From the IMG/VR virus record IMGVR_UViG_3300029286_001711: a stretch of DNA of 64,000 bases; one strand, 5' to 3'. The DNA is from a virus (taxonomy: Duplodnaviria > Caudoviricetes). Both the position numbers and the translations under genes were made by a program. The number at the start of each line of letters is the position of its first letter. Position 1 is the first letter of the stretch. Positions 47,688-57,314 of this stretch are shown here, one piece after another. The notes beneath the pieces were generated by a model. The model did no database searches, was not told the DNA's origin, and was given only the letters and a program-made list of their open reading frames with translations.

Positions 47688-48212
47688 TTAATAATTTGGT
47701 AAAAACTCGTTAGCGTCAGCTGTAATACAGGTGATTGTTCTATAATACCCCTTATACCCAATTCTTGTATGTGCGTTATCTGAAAATATCTTACCATCAT
47801 TGTTAACTGTAAAATATTTTATATTATCTTCTCTATCGGAATAACCGATATAATCACCGTAACTAATTTCAGCACTTAATTCTTCTAATTGTTCTTGAAA
47901 AATATGGAATTTAAATTGGCCGTAATCCAGATACCTATTCATACCTTCAGAATAGGTTTTATTCTCAGCCTCATCTAAGGCTAGTTTAACTCTTAATTCT
48001 TTAGGTGCTTTAAATCTAATTTCATTTGTTTTAGCTTCTCCATAAACATCATCAGTTTGTGTTTCTTTCCTATCTACTTGAAATAAAACAACCACTATGT
48101 TTAAGTCACCCTCGACATATTCACGAGACATTTCGTTTTCAATACCGAAATCAATCTCATCAAAAAATTTGCCCATCCTATTTATAGGGAATTTACGCTT
48201 AACCATATGCAC
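47688..48212 (-). CDS. Neck / head-closure protein, gp14-like
   Basis: DDVYGEAK...F..PKEL...GQFKFHIF...EISYGDYI pattern. True start probably ATG 48206. Confidence 0.55.
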   Translation of the reverse strand: MHMVKRKFPINRMGKFFDEIDFGIENEMSREYVEGDLNIVVVLFQVDRKETQTDDVYGEAKTNEIRFKAPKELRVKLALDEAENKTYSEGMNRYLDYGQFKFHIFQEQLEELSAEISYGDYIGYSDREDNIKYFTVNNDGKIFSDNAHTRIGYKGYYRTITCITADANEFLPNY

Positions 48213-48223
48213 ACTTATATTTT

Positions 48224-48232
48224 AATAAATAT
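48224..48232 (-). promoter_or_regulatory. Putative late promoter motif ATATTTATT
   Basis: Upstream of the neck gene at the strand switch. Confidence 0.45.
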
Positions 48233-48290
48233 TTGAATATGTACCATTTTCTTTATTTTCCACAGTCAAACACTATATTTATTTTGTCAT

Positions 48291-50132
48291 ATGGTGGATC
48301 TAACCAAATTAAAGAATAAAACGACATTAGATAGAATTCGAACCTACGAAGGAACTAATGAACATATCTTAAAAATGAAGAAAAAATTAGATATGGATGG
48401 GTTTTTCTTGCTCACACCTAGTCAAATAAGTTACATTGAAGAAAATTTTGAAAGAGAACCAATTGATATCAATAAAGTTGTTGATATAGCACCATACTTA
48501 GGTGAACAACTAAAAGAAAAATACAAATTAAAAAACGTTCCAGAACGTGTTTTCATAGAAAAACTCTTAGCTGAGAGTGATAAATCATATCATATTAGAG
48601 GTAAGTTATATAAAAACCAAAAAGAATCAGCATTATACTATCTCCCAAAAACACAAGTACATACAGACTTATTTGAAGAGAACCTAGATGATGTTACAAT
48701 AGATTTTGAAAAATACATAGAACTAGATAAGAAAAATAGGGTACCGTTTAAACATCAAGAATCGGGTATTAAATTTTTATATAAGAAAAACAAATGTATT
48801 TTAGCTGATGATATGGGTTTGGGTAAAACCTTTATGTCAATTGTGTCGGCTCTAGAAGTTAAAGCTGAGAAAGTATTAGTTATCTGTCCAGCAAACGCTA
48901 AAATTAATTGGAAACGTGAGATTATGAATTTTGTTGATGAAGATGAAATTTCTATAATCAAATCTGGACATTGGGACCCTAAAAGGTTCACTATCATTAA
49001 TTACGATATATTAAATAAATTCCATACATTAATTGACGGTAGAAAAAAATATAAGGACTATGAAATTAAAAGATTTCTAGTTGATGAGGGATTTGATTTA
49101 TTAATATTAGATGAGGCTCATTATGTTAAAAACCCAAAAGCAGATAGAACTAAAATTGTAAATGAGATTGCTAAACCAATTAAAAGAAGGTGGTTATTAA
49201 CTGGAACACCAATAGCTAATCGTCCAATGGATTATTATAATTTACTACACCTTTGTGATTCCCCTGTAACATCAAATTGGCAATTCTTCGCTTTTCGTTA
49301 TTGTGCGGCAAAAAAATTCAGGAAAAAAACTAAATTAGGTAAGGAGAGAATTATTTGGATTACTGACGGTGCTTCAAATTTAGAAGAGTTACATAAAAGA
49401 ACTACAAATTTGGTTTTAAGAAGAAAGAAAGAAGATCATCTAGATTTACCACCTAAAATTATATCACCTTATTATGTTGAGGTTGATGATAGAAAAAGAT
49501 ATGAATCTGTTTTCGAAGAATATCTTGAATGGGCAAAAAGTGAGGGTAAGAATCTTGGTGCTGGTAGACATATGGTTGAATTAGTGGTTTTACGTAAATT
49601 TTTAGCTATGGAGATGGTTCAACATACAGTCGAATTAGCTGAAAAGGCTATAGAAGAAGGTCATAAAGTTATTATTTTTACCTGTTTCACGGATTCACTT
49701 CTAGAATTAAAACGTAGACTTGGTGATATTGCCGTATGCCATCACGGCCCAATGAATGAAAAAGAAAAACAAAAATCTATTGACTCTTTCCAGGGAGATG
49801 ACAGAATAAAAGTATTCATAGGTAACATAATTTCAGCTGGTTCAGCTATTACACTAACCGCAGCTTCAGAAGTTATCATGAATGATTTAGATTTCGTACC
49901 CGCTAATCATAGTCAAGCAGAAGATAGATGTTACCGTATTGGACAAGATAAAACAGTAAATGTTTACTATCCATTATTTGAGAACACAGTACAAACTATG
50001 ATATTCGATACCCTCCAAAGAAAACGTGGAATTATCAATACTGTTATGGGTGAAGAACACCAAGAAATGGATATTATGACAGATTTCATGGATTTAATAA
50101 AAACTTCCGTTAAGAAACACAACTTTATCTAA
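48291..50132 (+). CDS. SNF2-family (SMARCAL1/HARP-like) helicase
   Basis: LADDMGLGKT, LDEAH, LTGTP and QAEDRCYRIGQ motifs. Confidence 0.9.
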   Translation: MVDLTKLKNKTTLDRIRTYEGTNEHILKMKKKLDMDGFFLLTPSQISYIEENFEREPIDINKVVDIAPYLGEQLKEKYKLKNVPERVFIEKLLAESDKSYHIRGKLYKNQKESALYYLPKTQVHTDLFEENLDDVTIDFEKYIELDKKNRVPFKHQESGIKFLYKKNKCILADDMGLGKTFMSIVSALEVKAEKVLVICPANAKINWKREIMNFVDEDEISIIKSGHWDPKRFTIINYDILNKFHTLIDGRKKYKDYEIKRFLVDEGFDLLILDEAHYVKNPKADRTKIVNEIAKPIKRRWLLTGTPIANRPMDYYNLLHLCDSPVTSNWQFFAFRYCAAKKFRKKTKLGKERIIWITDGASNLEELHKRTTNLVLRRKKEDHLDLPPKIISPYYVEVDDRKRYESVFEEYLEWAKSEGKNLGAGRHMVELVVLRKFLAMEMVQHTVELAEKAIEEGHKVIIFTCFTDSLLELKRRLGDIAVCHHGPMNEKEKQKSIDSFQGDDRIKVFIGNIISAGSAITLTAASEVIMNDLDFVPANHSQAEDRCYRIGQDKTVNVYYPLFENTVQTMIFDTLQRKRGIINTVMGEEHQEMDIMTDFMDLIKTSVKKHNFI

Positions 50133-50160
50133 TGATGTTCTAAACATTAACTATTCGGCG

Positions 50161-50168
50161 ATATTTAT
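50161..50168 (+). promoter_or_regulatory. Putative late promoter motif ATATTTAT
   Basis: 15 nt upstream of ATG 50184. Confidence 0.55.
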
Positions 50169-50183
50169 GAATAAAAGTCGAAC

Positions 50184-51320
50184 ATGTCACTTGTTATAGA
50201 AGAAGCGGAAAAACAGAAAGTATTTCGTCAAGTTAAACATAGATTAGGAGCACCACTCAGGAAAGTTGAGTTGGATGACGAACAAATGTGCACCCTATTA
50301 GAAATCGCTGTTGAAGATCATTCGTCTTATATAAACGAATGGTTAATTGAAACTCAATGGTCATCTTTAGATGGTATCAATTTAGATACTGCAGATTTAA
50401 CCAAAGCTTTAACAACTAGAGGTTTAGGTTATGAAGATTCATTTACATATGCCTATTCAAAAATTGTTGGTCTACAAGCTCGTGGACCTTGGGAACTTAA
50501 ACAAGATTTTGTTTCATTAAGAAACGGTCAACAAACATATTCTATCCCAGCTGGTAGAGAGTTAAATGAGGTATTATATTATCAACCACCAACTGTAGAT
50601 TTAGCATTATTTTCTAGTAATGGATTTGGTGGGGGTTATGGTGGTTTTGCTGCCGGTTTCGGTGGCGCTCAATTTGCCGGCGGTGGATTTGGTTATGGTG
50701 GTTCTTATTTAACCACATCTTTTGATATTGTATTAAGAAACGCTGACTATAATTTAAAACAAAGATTAATAAGTTCAGATTTAATTTATAGGTTAACCGC
50801 TGGCCCAAACGGGACTAGATTACTTCACCTAATTCCAACTCCAGGTAGTAGAGTTGCTTTTGGTGGAATAGGGTTAAACGGTCAGTCTGTTAACAACGCT
50901 AGAGTATGGTATTGGTATTACGAAACCACATCTGACGAAGAAAGACAAAGATGTTTAAACGCAAATAAAGATATTGTTAAATTACCATCTGACGTTCCTG
51001 TCGATGTAGTTAATTTTAGTGAATTAAATACACCATCTAAACAATGGGTAAGAGATTACTTTACTGCTTTATGTAAAGAAACTTTAGGTAGGGTTCGTGG
51101 TAAATTTGGTGGTGTACTAGGTGTTACTGACGCTGAAGTAACTATGGATTATGAATCACTATTAAGTGAATCAAAAGAAGATAGAGTAGCTCTAATGGAG
51201 AGACTAAATGAGAGATTAGAAAGATTAAGACCAGAAGCTATGTTAACACGTAAAGCTACTGAAGCTGAAATGTTAAATAAAGCATTACAATATAGACCAT
51301 TAGGTATTACAGTAATATAA
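50184..51320 (+). CDS. Neck / head-tail adaptor protein, T4 gp13-like
   Basis: HRLGAPLRKVELDDEQM resembles the gp13 N-terminus. WVRDYFTALCKETLGRVRGKF near the C-terminus. Confidence 0.75.
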   Translation: MSLVIEEAEKQKVFRQVKHRLGAPLRKVELDDEQMCTLLEIAVEDHSSYINEWLIETQWSSLDGINLDTADLTKALTTRGLGYEDSFTYAYSKIVGLQARGPWELKQDFVSLRNGQQTYSIPAGRELNEVLYYQPPTVDLALFSSNGFGGGYGGFAAGFGGAQFAGGGFGYGGSYLTTSFDIVLRNADYNLKQRLISSDLIYRLTAGPNGTRLLHLIPTPGSRVAFGGIGLNGQSVNNARVWYWYYETTSDEERQRCLNANKDIVKLPSDVPVDVVNFSELNTPSKQWVRDYFTALCKETLGRVRGKFGGVLGVTDAEVTMDYESLLSESKEDRVALMERLNERLERLRPEAMLTRKATEAEMLNKALQYRPLGITVI

Positions 51321-51321
51321 T

Positions 51322-53931
51322 ATGCCATTTTTTACAAGACCCAATTTTGAAGATAGACAACAGGTTCAATATAGTGGTAACACTATATCCTTATCTGGTA
51401 AAACCCATATAAATAGTACGGGGTACCTTCAAATAAATGCTCCAGTATTAGATTTTACGGGTAGTACATCAGCTAGTACACAATATATTTTAGCTGGATT
51501 ATCTGGTTATCGTAATTATGGTGAATTAACCTCACTAATAGTTAAACCCCCAATTCAATTAATAAGTGGTACGTCAGCAACTACAACAGTAAACGTTACA
51601 GGTTACATCTTAGGTGGTTTGGACGCACAAGGGCACGTCTCTTGGTTTCCTGCCTCATATTTTTTAACGGGTGGAACTAGTGGTGGTGGTAGTGGGACTA
51701 CATATGTTTATGTACAATTTACAGGTAATACTTCAGGTGATTGTATTACCGATATGTGGGTATCAAATATTCATAGTTGTGGATTAGCACCGGCATCCTT
51801 ACATATTCAACCTGTAAATACAAATCCCGTATTAATAGGTGAAAATGGGGCTCATGTGGCTATCGGTTCACCAAGTTTTAACCCCCAAACAATACTTCAT
51901 CTTAAGGGTGAGGGTACGGGTATGTTTAATACTTTTAGAATCACTAGTAGTGCGTCTTTAGACCATTTAGATGTAACCGACAACGGTCAATTTACTTGGG
52001 ATAATACAGCTTCATTAGTGATTAGAACTGGTGTAACTATAACTATAGAAACTGGTCCAGTTGCTGGATATGTTTTAACTTCTGATACTTTTGGTGGTGC
52101 AACTTGGCAACCAGCTCCTTCTGGTACTGGAACAACTATTGTACAATTTACAGGTAATACTTCAGCAAGTTGTATTACTGACCTATATGTTCATAATTTA
52201 TATGGATGTTCACCTATAAATGTAAAAGACAGTTTGGTGATGGGTAGTAATAAAATTATCCAATCATTAGGTACTACTAGTCAATTAGCATTAAATGATG
52301 ATAGTTTATTATTAGATACAGAGAGTGGTACAACAACTGGTTTCCATCTCGCAATGTCAAAAAATCCTTTTGGTGGTCAGTTAAATGTTGGTCATGGTTT
52401 TACCAATGTTATTACAGTATTCGAACCTAGCATATCTATCCCAGGTGGTGGTGTTAGTATATTAGGTGGTGATTATGTAGCCGCTAGTTCAACATCACTC
52501 CAATTTCAAGGATCTTCTTACGCTTTTTTAAAGGGGGATGCTTATAGTTTCCTTGGGGGTTCTGGTATTGAAGGAGATATTATAGTTGCTGACAACACTG
52601 GGTTAGATACACAATCAAAAGATAATAGACCAACAGCGGGAAGTTTTATATCAGCACAAAACGCAACAATACGTAGTGGATCGAATAATTCAGCTGTATT
52701 AGGTGGTTACGGATTAACAGCTTTTACCGCTAATACCATTTATTTAGGTAATAGTGTTAATATTAATAATAAATTCACATTACCCAATATAGACGGAACT
52801 GTTGGTCAGGTAATGACAACGAACGGTGCCGGAATTGTAACTTGGCAAACAGTAGCGTCAGGAAGTGGTGGAACTGGGGTTATCTCTGGAATGACATCAC
52901 CTTATATATTTGGGCCAAACACTTACGATATTGTAACACTTTCAGGAAACAATTTTACCCTTTCAAATAGGGCTTTGGTATTAGGTGGATTATCAAATAT
53001 TGTTCAAGGGATTGCCTCATCAATCATTAATGGTCAGTCTAATACTATAACTGGTAGTCCTAGATCTACAATTGTTAATGGTACCACTCATTTAATTAGT
53101 AATAGTGCAAATAGTACAATAATAAACGGTCTTACTAATACAATTGATGGTCCTATATTCCCATCAACATATAGTTTAATTGGTGGTGGTAGTACAAATA
53201 TAATTACTAATTCAAGATATAGTTTAATTGGTAATGGTTTTGGTAATGATATTACAGTTTTAGGTATTTTAGGTGGTTGGAATTCCATACTTAACGGTGA
53301 AAGTAATTCAATTTCAGCCGCGGTTAATTTTTCAACTATTTTAGGTGGTACCAATAATACAGTAAATTATACATACTCAACCATTGTGGGTGGTACCAGT
53401 AATATAGCCGCTAACCCCAACACTTTTATACTAGGTTCAAACATAACAACAACAACACCCGATACAACGTATACAGAAAAAGTTGTTGCTGGGGCTAGTA
53501 GTGTTAACGCTTATGTAGGTCATTTAAATGTTAATGATTATAATACTTATGGACCTATAAGACCTAATTTTATTACAGAATTATTAACATCTGGTAATAC
53601 TACTGGTGGAACATATAATATATACATACCTTCTGGTTGGACAGTAACAGATATACAAGTATATACAAAAACAACTGATCTATCTATATTCGGTGCTTCA
53701 GTCGGTACGATTGGGGGTATATGGAGTCCTTCTGGTTGGACAGGTTTTATACCAACACACAATATCATCACATTATTTAGGACAACACTTGAAAACGGTC
53801 CACATTATTTCCCAAATCCAGATTTAGCGACCATCTACTTTGTAGACGTGGGAGCATCACCACAAGCACTAACCACAGGTGAGTATAAGGTATTAATAAC
53901 CTATTGGAACAATCTTGAATTAGCTCTTTAA
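51322..53931 (+). CDS. Fibre/collar-whisker-like virion protein with beta-solenoid repeats (869 aa)
   Basis: Duplicated QFTGNTSxxCITD module, G(Y/Q)V(L/M)TxxxxGxxTWQ modules and about eight S-x-I-x-(N/G)-G-x-x-N repeats. Follows the neck gene. Confidence 0.65.
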   Translation: MPFFTRPNFEDRQQVQYSGNTISLSGKTHINSTGYLQINAPVLDFTGSTSASTQYILAGLSGYRNYGELTSLIVKPPIQLISGTSATTTVNVTGYILGGLDAQGHVSWFPASYFLTGGTSGGGSGTTYVYVQFTGNTSGDCITDMWVSNIHSCGLAPASLHIQPVNTNPVLIGENGAHVAIGSPSFNPQTILHLKGEGTGMFNTFRITSSASLDHLDVTDNGQFTWDNTASLVIRTGVTITIETGPVAGYVLTSDTFGGATWQPAPSGTGTTIVQFTGNTSASCITDLYVHNLYGCSPINVKDSLVMGSNKIIQSLGTTSQLALNDDSLLLDTESGTTTGFHLAMSKNPFGGQLNVGHGFTNVITVFEPSISIPGGGVSILGGDYVAASSTSLQFQGSSYAFLKGDAYSFLGGSGIEGDIIVADNTGLDTQSKDNRPTAGSFISAQNATIRSGSNNSAVLGGYGLTAFTANTIYLGNSVNINNKFTLPNIDGTVGQVMTTNGAGIVTWQTVASGSGGTGVISGMTSPYIFGPNTYDIVTLSGNNFTLSNRALVLGGLSNIVQGIASSIINGQSNTITGSPRSTIVNGTTHLISNSANSTIINGLTNTIDGPIFPSTYSLIGGGSTNIITNSRYSLIGNGFGNDITVLGILGGWNSILNGESNSISAAVNFSTILGGTNNTVNYTYSTIVGGTSNIAANPNTFILGSNITTTTPDTTYTEKVVAGASSVNAYVGHLNVNDYNTYGPIRPNFITELLTSGNTTGGTYNIYIPSGWTVTDIQVYTKTTDLSIFGASVGTIGGIWSPSGWTGFIPTHNIITLFRTTLENGPHYFPNPDLATIYFVDVGASPQALTTGEYKVLITYWNNLELAL

Positions 53932-55808
53932 TGATGGATATAAAAAATAACTATTTTTTTAAAAATTTTGAATCCATAAACATTGTTTACAGTGAGTATT
54001 GGGATTTCAATTTAGCTAATGATAGATTAGGTGATTGTTATGGATATGCCACAAATTGTAAGGATTCTTGTAAATATAGTATTATAGAAGACGGTTTAGT
54101 TGTTTGGTTTGATACTGATAATTCTAATACTACAATAGACGGTACATCTTTAACCTCATTAATTGAATGGTCTGGTAGAACCATAACGCCATCTTCAGGA
54201 TTTACATTAAATGATTGGGGATTAACAGGTGTTGATAATGGTCGAGTATCATGTCTTTCTGGTGAAACTTTAGTTATAACTTCAGCTAGTACTAAATTAG
54301 TTTTATATCCTGTAACAGCCTATACCGTTAGTTTTAACTTTTCTGGTTGTAGTTCTGGGATGACTGGTTGTACTTCAGGTTGTACTGTAGGTCCTGGACA
54401 ATATGTTTACCCTTGGATGTTCCATCAAAATACGATGACGCCTGAAGGTTGTCCTGTAGGTAATACTATTTGTTTAGATGGTGGGTTTTATCAAGGATTT
54501 TTTAAATTAGATAGAGATGTACCGGCACCGATATTAGTAGAACATATAGATTCTTGTTGTCGTACTGGATATACTTTAACATCCGTTTCGGCAACAACGG
54601 CTTGGCAAGTTATGCCAACCGATTTTCCTGTTGGGTGGTCAATGGAAACTTGGATTCAATCAAATAACGGGTTTTGTCAGTGTATTTCAGGATTTACAAG
54701 TGGTACTACTTCTGGTAATACTGGAACTACTTTTTGTGTGACAGGTACAACACTAAATGATATCTACCCAAATAATAAGAATTTTTTCTTCTATATCGGT
54801 ACTCGTGCTGAAAATAAATTTTGGGATGATTTTTCTGGTGAGACTGGTCTAAATACGACAACTGGAATACCATTATCACCATCAGCAGCTAAAGCTTTTG
54901 AAGAACATATTTCAGACGGTAGTCAAAGTTGGTTTAATATAAAAACACCGTGGGCCTGTAACTGTAATTGTGTTTGTACTGGATGTACAAATAATAGTTG
55001 TTGTGGTGTTGAAGAAGGTCCGATTGATCCTAACATCATAACTGGTGGTCAAAATTGGTTTAACATTTCATCACCTTACAATAATAGTTGTTGTAATTCT
55101 ACTAGATGTTTTCCAAATGAAAGTAGTATTACCACTGGTAGAACTTATTCATATTGTGACCAACTATCTGAAAACGCTTTAGGATTTAGAATTACTGACG
55201 ATGGTAGAATTGGTTATAGAAAAATGACAGTATCTGGTAGTTGTTATAATAATAAATACAGAATTACTGGTACTATGATGGAAGAGGGTTATTCAGAACC
55301 TAACGTTATTCCATCGGGAACAAGTTGGAATCATATAGCTGTAACATATACAGCTGGTAGTGGTATAAAAAACACTTTACCTTCAGGTACGTTAAAATTT
55401 TGGGTTAATGGGTTAGTAAAATATAAGGTAGATGATTTTATTGGTCTACAACTTAGAGCTCTTAACGAATGGAGTGATAAACAAATTGGGGTACCATTTA
55501 ATATGAGTTGGGGTGGTGGTACTCAGGGTTTAATCGAAAGTCAAACTTTTGGTGGACCAGACTATTCTGATAGAGGTCTATGGTTACAACAAAATTTTGC
55601 AGGTAGTTTCGAAGGTGAACTATCTCAGTTAAGATTCTATGAGAAACCTTTAAATGTTTTGGAAATAAGAAATAACTTCTTTGTTGATTGTAGAAGATAT
55701 TGTAGACCCGATACTTTTGGTGGTTCTCATATCGTACAACCTAACTCAGAATTTTGCGGTCAATGTAAAAGTGGACCATTACCACCGTACATTTTTGATA
55801 GTTGTTGA
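53931..55808 (+). CDS. Cysteine-rich concanavalin A-like (LamG) domain virion protein (625 aa)
   Basis: WSMETW, WNHIAVTY, LKFWVNG and FEGELSQLRFYEKPL LamG motifs with Cys-rich insertions. Confidence 0.7.
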   Translation: MMDIKNNYFFKNFESINIVYSEYWDFNLANDRLGDCYGYATNCKDSCKYSIIEDGLVVWFDTDNSNTTIDGTSLTSLIEWSGRTITPSSGFTLNDWGLTGVDNGRVSCLSGETLVITSASTKLVLYPVTAYTVSFNFSGCSSGMTGCTSGCTVGPGQYVYPWMFHQNTMTPEGCPVGNTICLDGGFYQGFFKLDRDVPAPILVEHIDSCCRTGYTLTSVSATTAWQVMPTDFPVGWSMETWIQSNNGFCQCISGFTSGTTSGNTGTTFCVTGTTLNDIYPNNKNFFFYIGTRAENKFWDDFSGETGLNTTTGIPLSPSAAKAFEEHISDGSQSWFNIKTPWACNCNCVCTGCTNNSCCGVEEGPIDPNIITGGQNWFNISSPYNNSCCNSTRCFPNESSITTGRTYSYCDQLSENALGFRITDDGRIGYRKMTVSGSCYNNKYRITGTMMEEGYSEPNVIPSGTSWNHIAVTYTAGSGIKNTLPSGTLKFWVNGLVKYKVDDFIGLQLRALNEWSDKQIGVPFNMSWGGGTQGLIESQTFGGPDYSDRGLWLQQNFAGSFEGELSQLRFYEKPLNVLEIRNNFFVDCRRYCRPDTFGGSHIVQPNSEFCGQCKSGPLPPYIFDSC

Positions 55809-55879
55809 TGAAAACGGTTCACCAATAATCACAGATAACGGGTTTGGAATAACTTGGGAATAAAAATAAAAATAAAATA

Positions 55880-56755
55880 ATGGCGAATAGAAAAATATGG
55901 GAATTTCCTGAAAATATTAATCCCACCAGTGGGAATGAATTTATAATAGATAACAATCACGTAACCCAAAAAATATCTTTGAGTGGGTTAACTAGTTATT
56001 TAAATACGGTATTAACACCACTACCAAACAACCCTTATGATTTTTACTTAGACGGTACGGTTGCAGTTGGTGGTGATGGTTCAATTGAACGTCCATTTAA
56101 AACACTTACTGAATTAAATGATGCTGTTCTATTACTTCCACCAAACGCCAATCTTTACACCGCGTACGTATTTCCTGACCCTAATGGGTACGGAAACGAA
56201 GTTGTTGGTACTTTAAACATAGCAGAAAATTTAAACTTAATTGGCATATCTGCGCCTAATACTACTATTAATTGTGCAATTAATTTTACCTCTACGGGTT
56301 TAGGTAGTGGCTCTAATGTTGTTACTTATAAAAATATAGCATTAACTAGTATACTTACTTTAGATTTAACATTATCAACATTTGCTTTTATTTCTTTAAT
56401 TGATGGGCAATATAATTTAACACGAGTAGATAACAATGCTAATGCTAATGTTAATTTAAAAGGGGGGTTACTAATTACTAATATTAGTGGGAGTGGTAGG
56501 GTAACTTTATCGAGTTGCCTAATTTTTGGAGATGTAAACTTATCTCGTGGGGCAACTTTATATTGTGTGAACACACAATTATATGGTGGTATTTTTAAAC
56601 TCTTTGGAAGCTGTACTTTAAAAACATTAAGCACTTTAAATCCATTAGCGGGTTATGTTGAAGGAACTGTTGATATTTCAGGTACTCCAACTTGGCTTAC
56701 AGACGCGGCAAGTGACACTGCTTTTACAGGTGTTGTAAATAAAACTGTTTATTAA
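55880..56755 (+). CDS. Putative tailspike/fibre with N-terminal anchor and beta-helix (291 aa)
   Basis: MANRKIWEFPE...TQKISL anchor-type N-terminus and GDGSIERPFKTL, which often opens pectin-lyase-like helices. Confidence 0.5.
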   Translation: MANRKIWEFPENINPTSGNEFIIDNNHVTQKISLSGLTSYLNTVLTPLPNNPYDFYLDGTVAVGGDGSIERPFKTLTELNDAVLLLPPNANLYTAYVFPDPNGYGNEVVGTLNIAENLNLIGISAPNTTINCAINFTSTGLGSGSNVVTYKNIALTSILTLDLTLSTFAFISLIDGQYNLTRVDNNANANVNLKGGLLITNISGSGRVTLSSCLIFGDVNLSRGATLYCVNTQLYGGIFKLFGSCTLKTLSTLNPLAGYVEGTVDISGTPTWLTDAASDTAFTGVVNKTVY

Positions 56756-56822
56756 TTAAATGGTGATAAGATATTTAATACCAGGTTTATTATCAATTAT
56801 ATGAACAATAGTTTAAAAACTA

Positions 56823-56830
56823 ATATTTAT
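56823..56830 (+). promoter_or_regulatory. Putative late promoter motif ATATTTAT
   Basis: 5 nt upstream of ATG 56836. Confidence 0.5.
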
Positions 56831-56835
56831 TAGAT

Positions 56836-57225
56836 ATGGCACAAAACTTTTTTATAAGAAAAAATTCAAACTTACCTCTATTAAAATTAAAGGTAATTAA
56901 CGACGGTAGACGTGATTTTCGTAAAATTTACGACCGTTTAGAAAATGCTGCCATCACATTCTCAATGATGGACGATAAAGGTGTCTACAAAGTGTTCAAT
57001 AAACAGGGGTTATTACTTCCAGTTGATAAAGAAATTTGTCAAGAAGATGGTGAATACTACCTTGGTTATAAATTCAATGTTAAAGACACAAACATGGCTG
57101 GTTGTTATCGTGCTGAATTCAGAATCGACTTCTTAGATGATGGATGTTCATTAATTGTACCAATCAGAGAAGACCTTTTCGTAAATGTACTTGACAGTTT
57201 TACTAACGCTAAAATAGTCTGTTAA
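56836..57225 (+). CDS. BppU N-terminal-like adaptor protein (129 aa)
   Basis: FFIRKNSNLP...AITFSM...YKF...DT..AG.YRAEF pattern. Confidence 0.55.
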   Translation: MAQNFFIRKNSNLPLLKLKVINDGRRDFRKIYDRLENAAITFSMMDDKGVYKVFNKQGLLLPVDKEICQEDGEYYLGYKFNVKDTNMAGCYRAEFRIDFLDDGCSLIVPIREDLFVNVLDSFTNAKIVC

Positions 57226-57314
57226 GGTTTACAAATCCCCAAATTTTTACGATTTTTTAAGTATATTAATTACATAAAACGAGTGGTAACTGTGCCCATC
57301 CCAAACAGAATCTT

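Noticed and set aside
57226-57314. Autoregulatory hairpin or sigma70 promoter in the polB leader
   Set aside because: Only a weak 5-bp bulged stem is possible, and GTTTACA is not followed by a -10 element at 16-18 nt.
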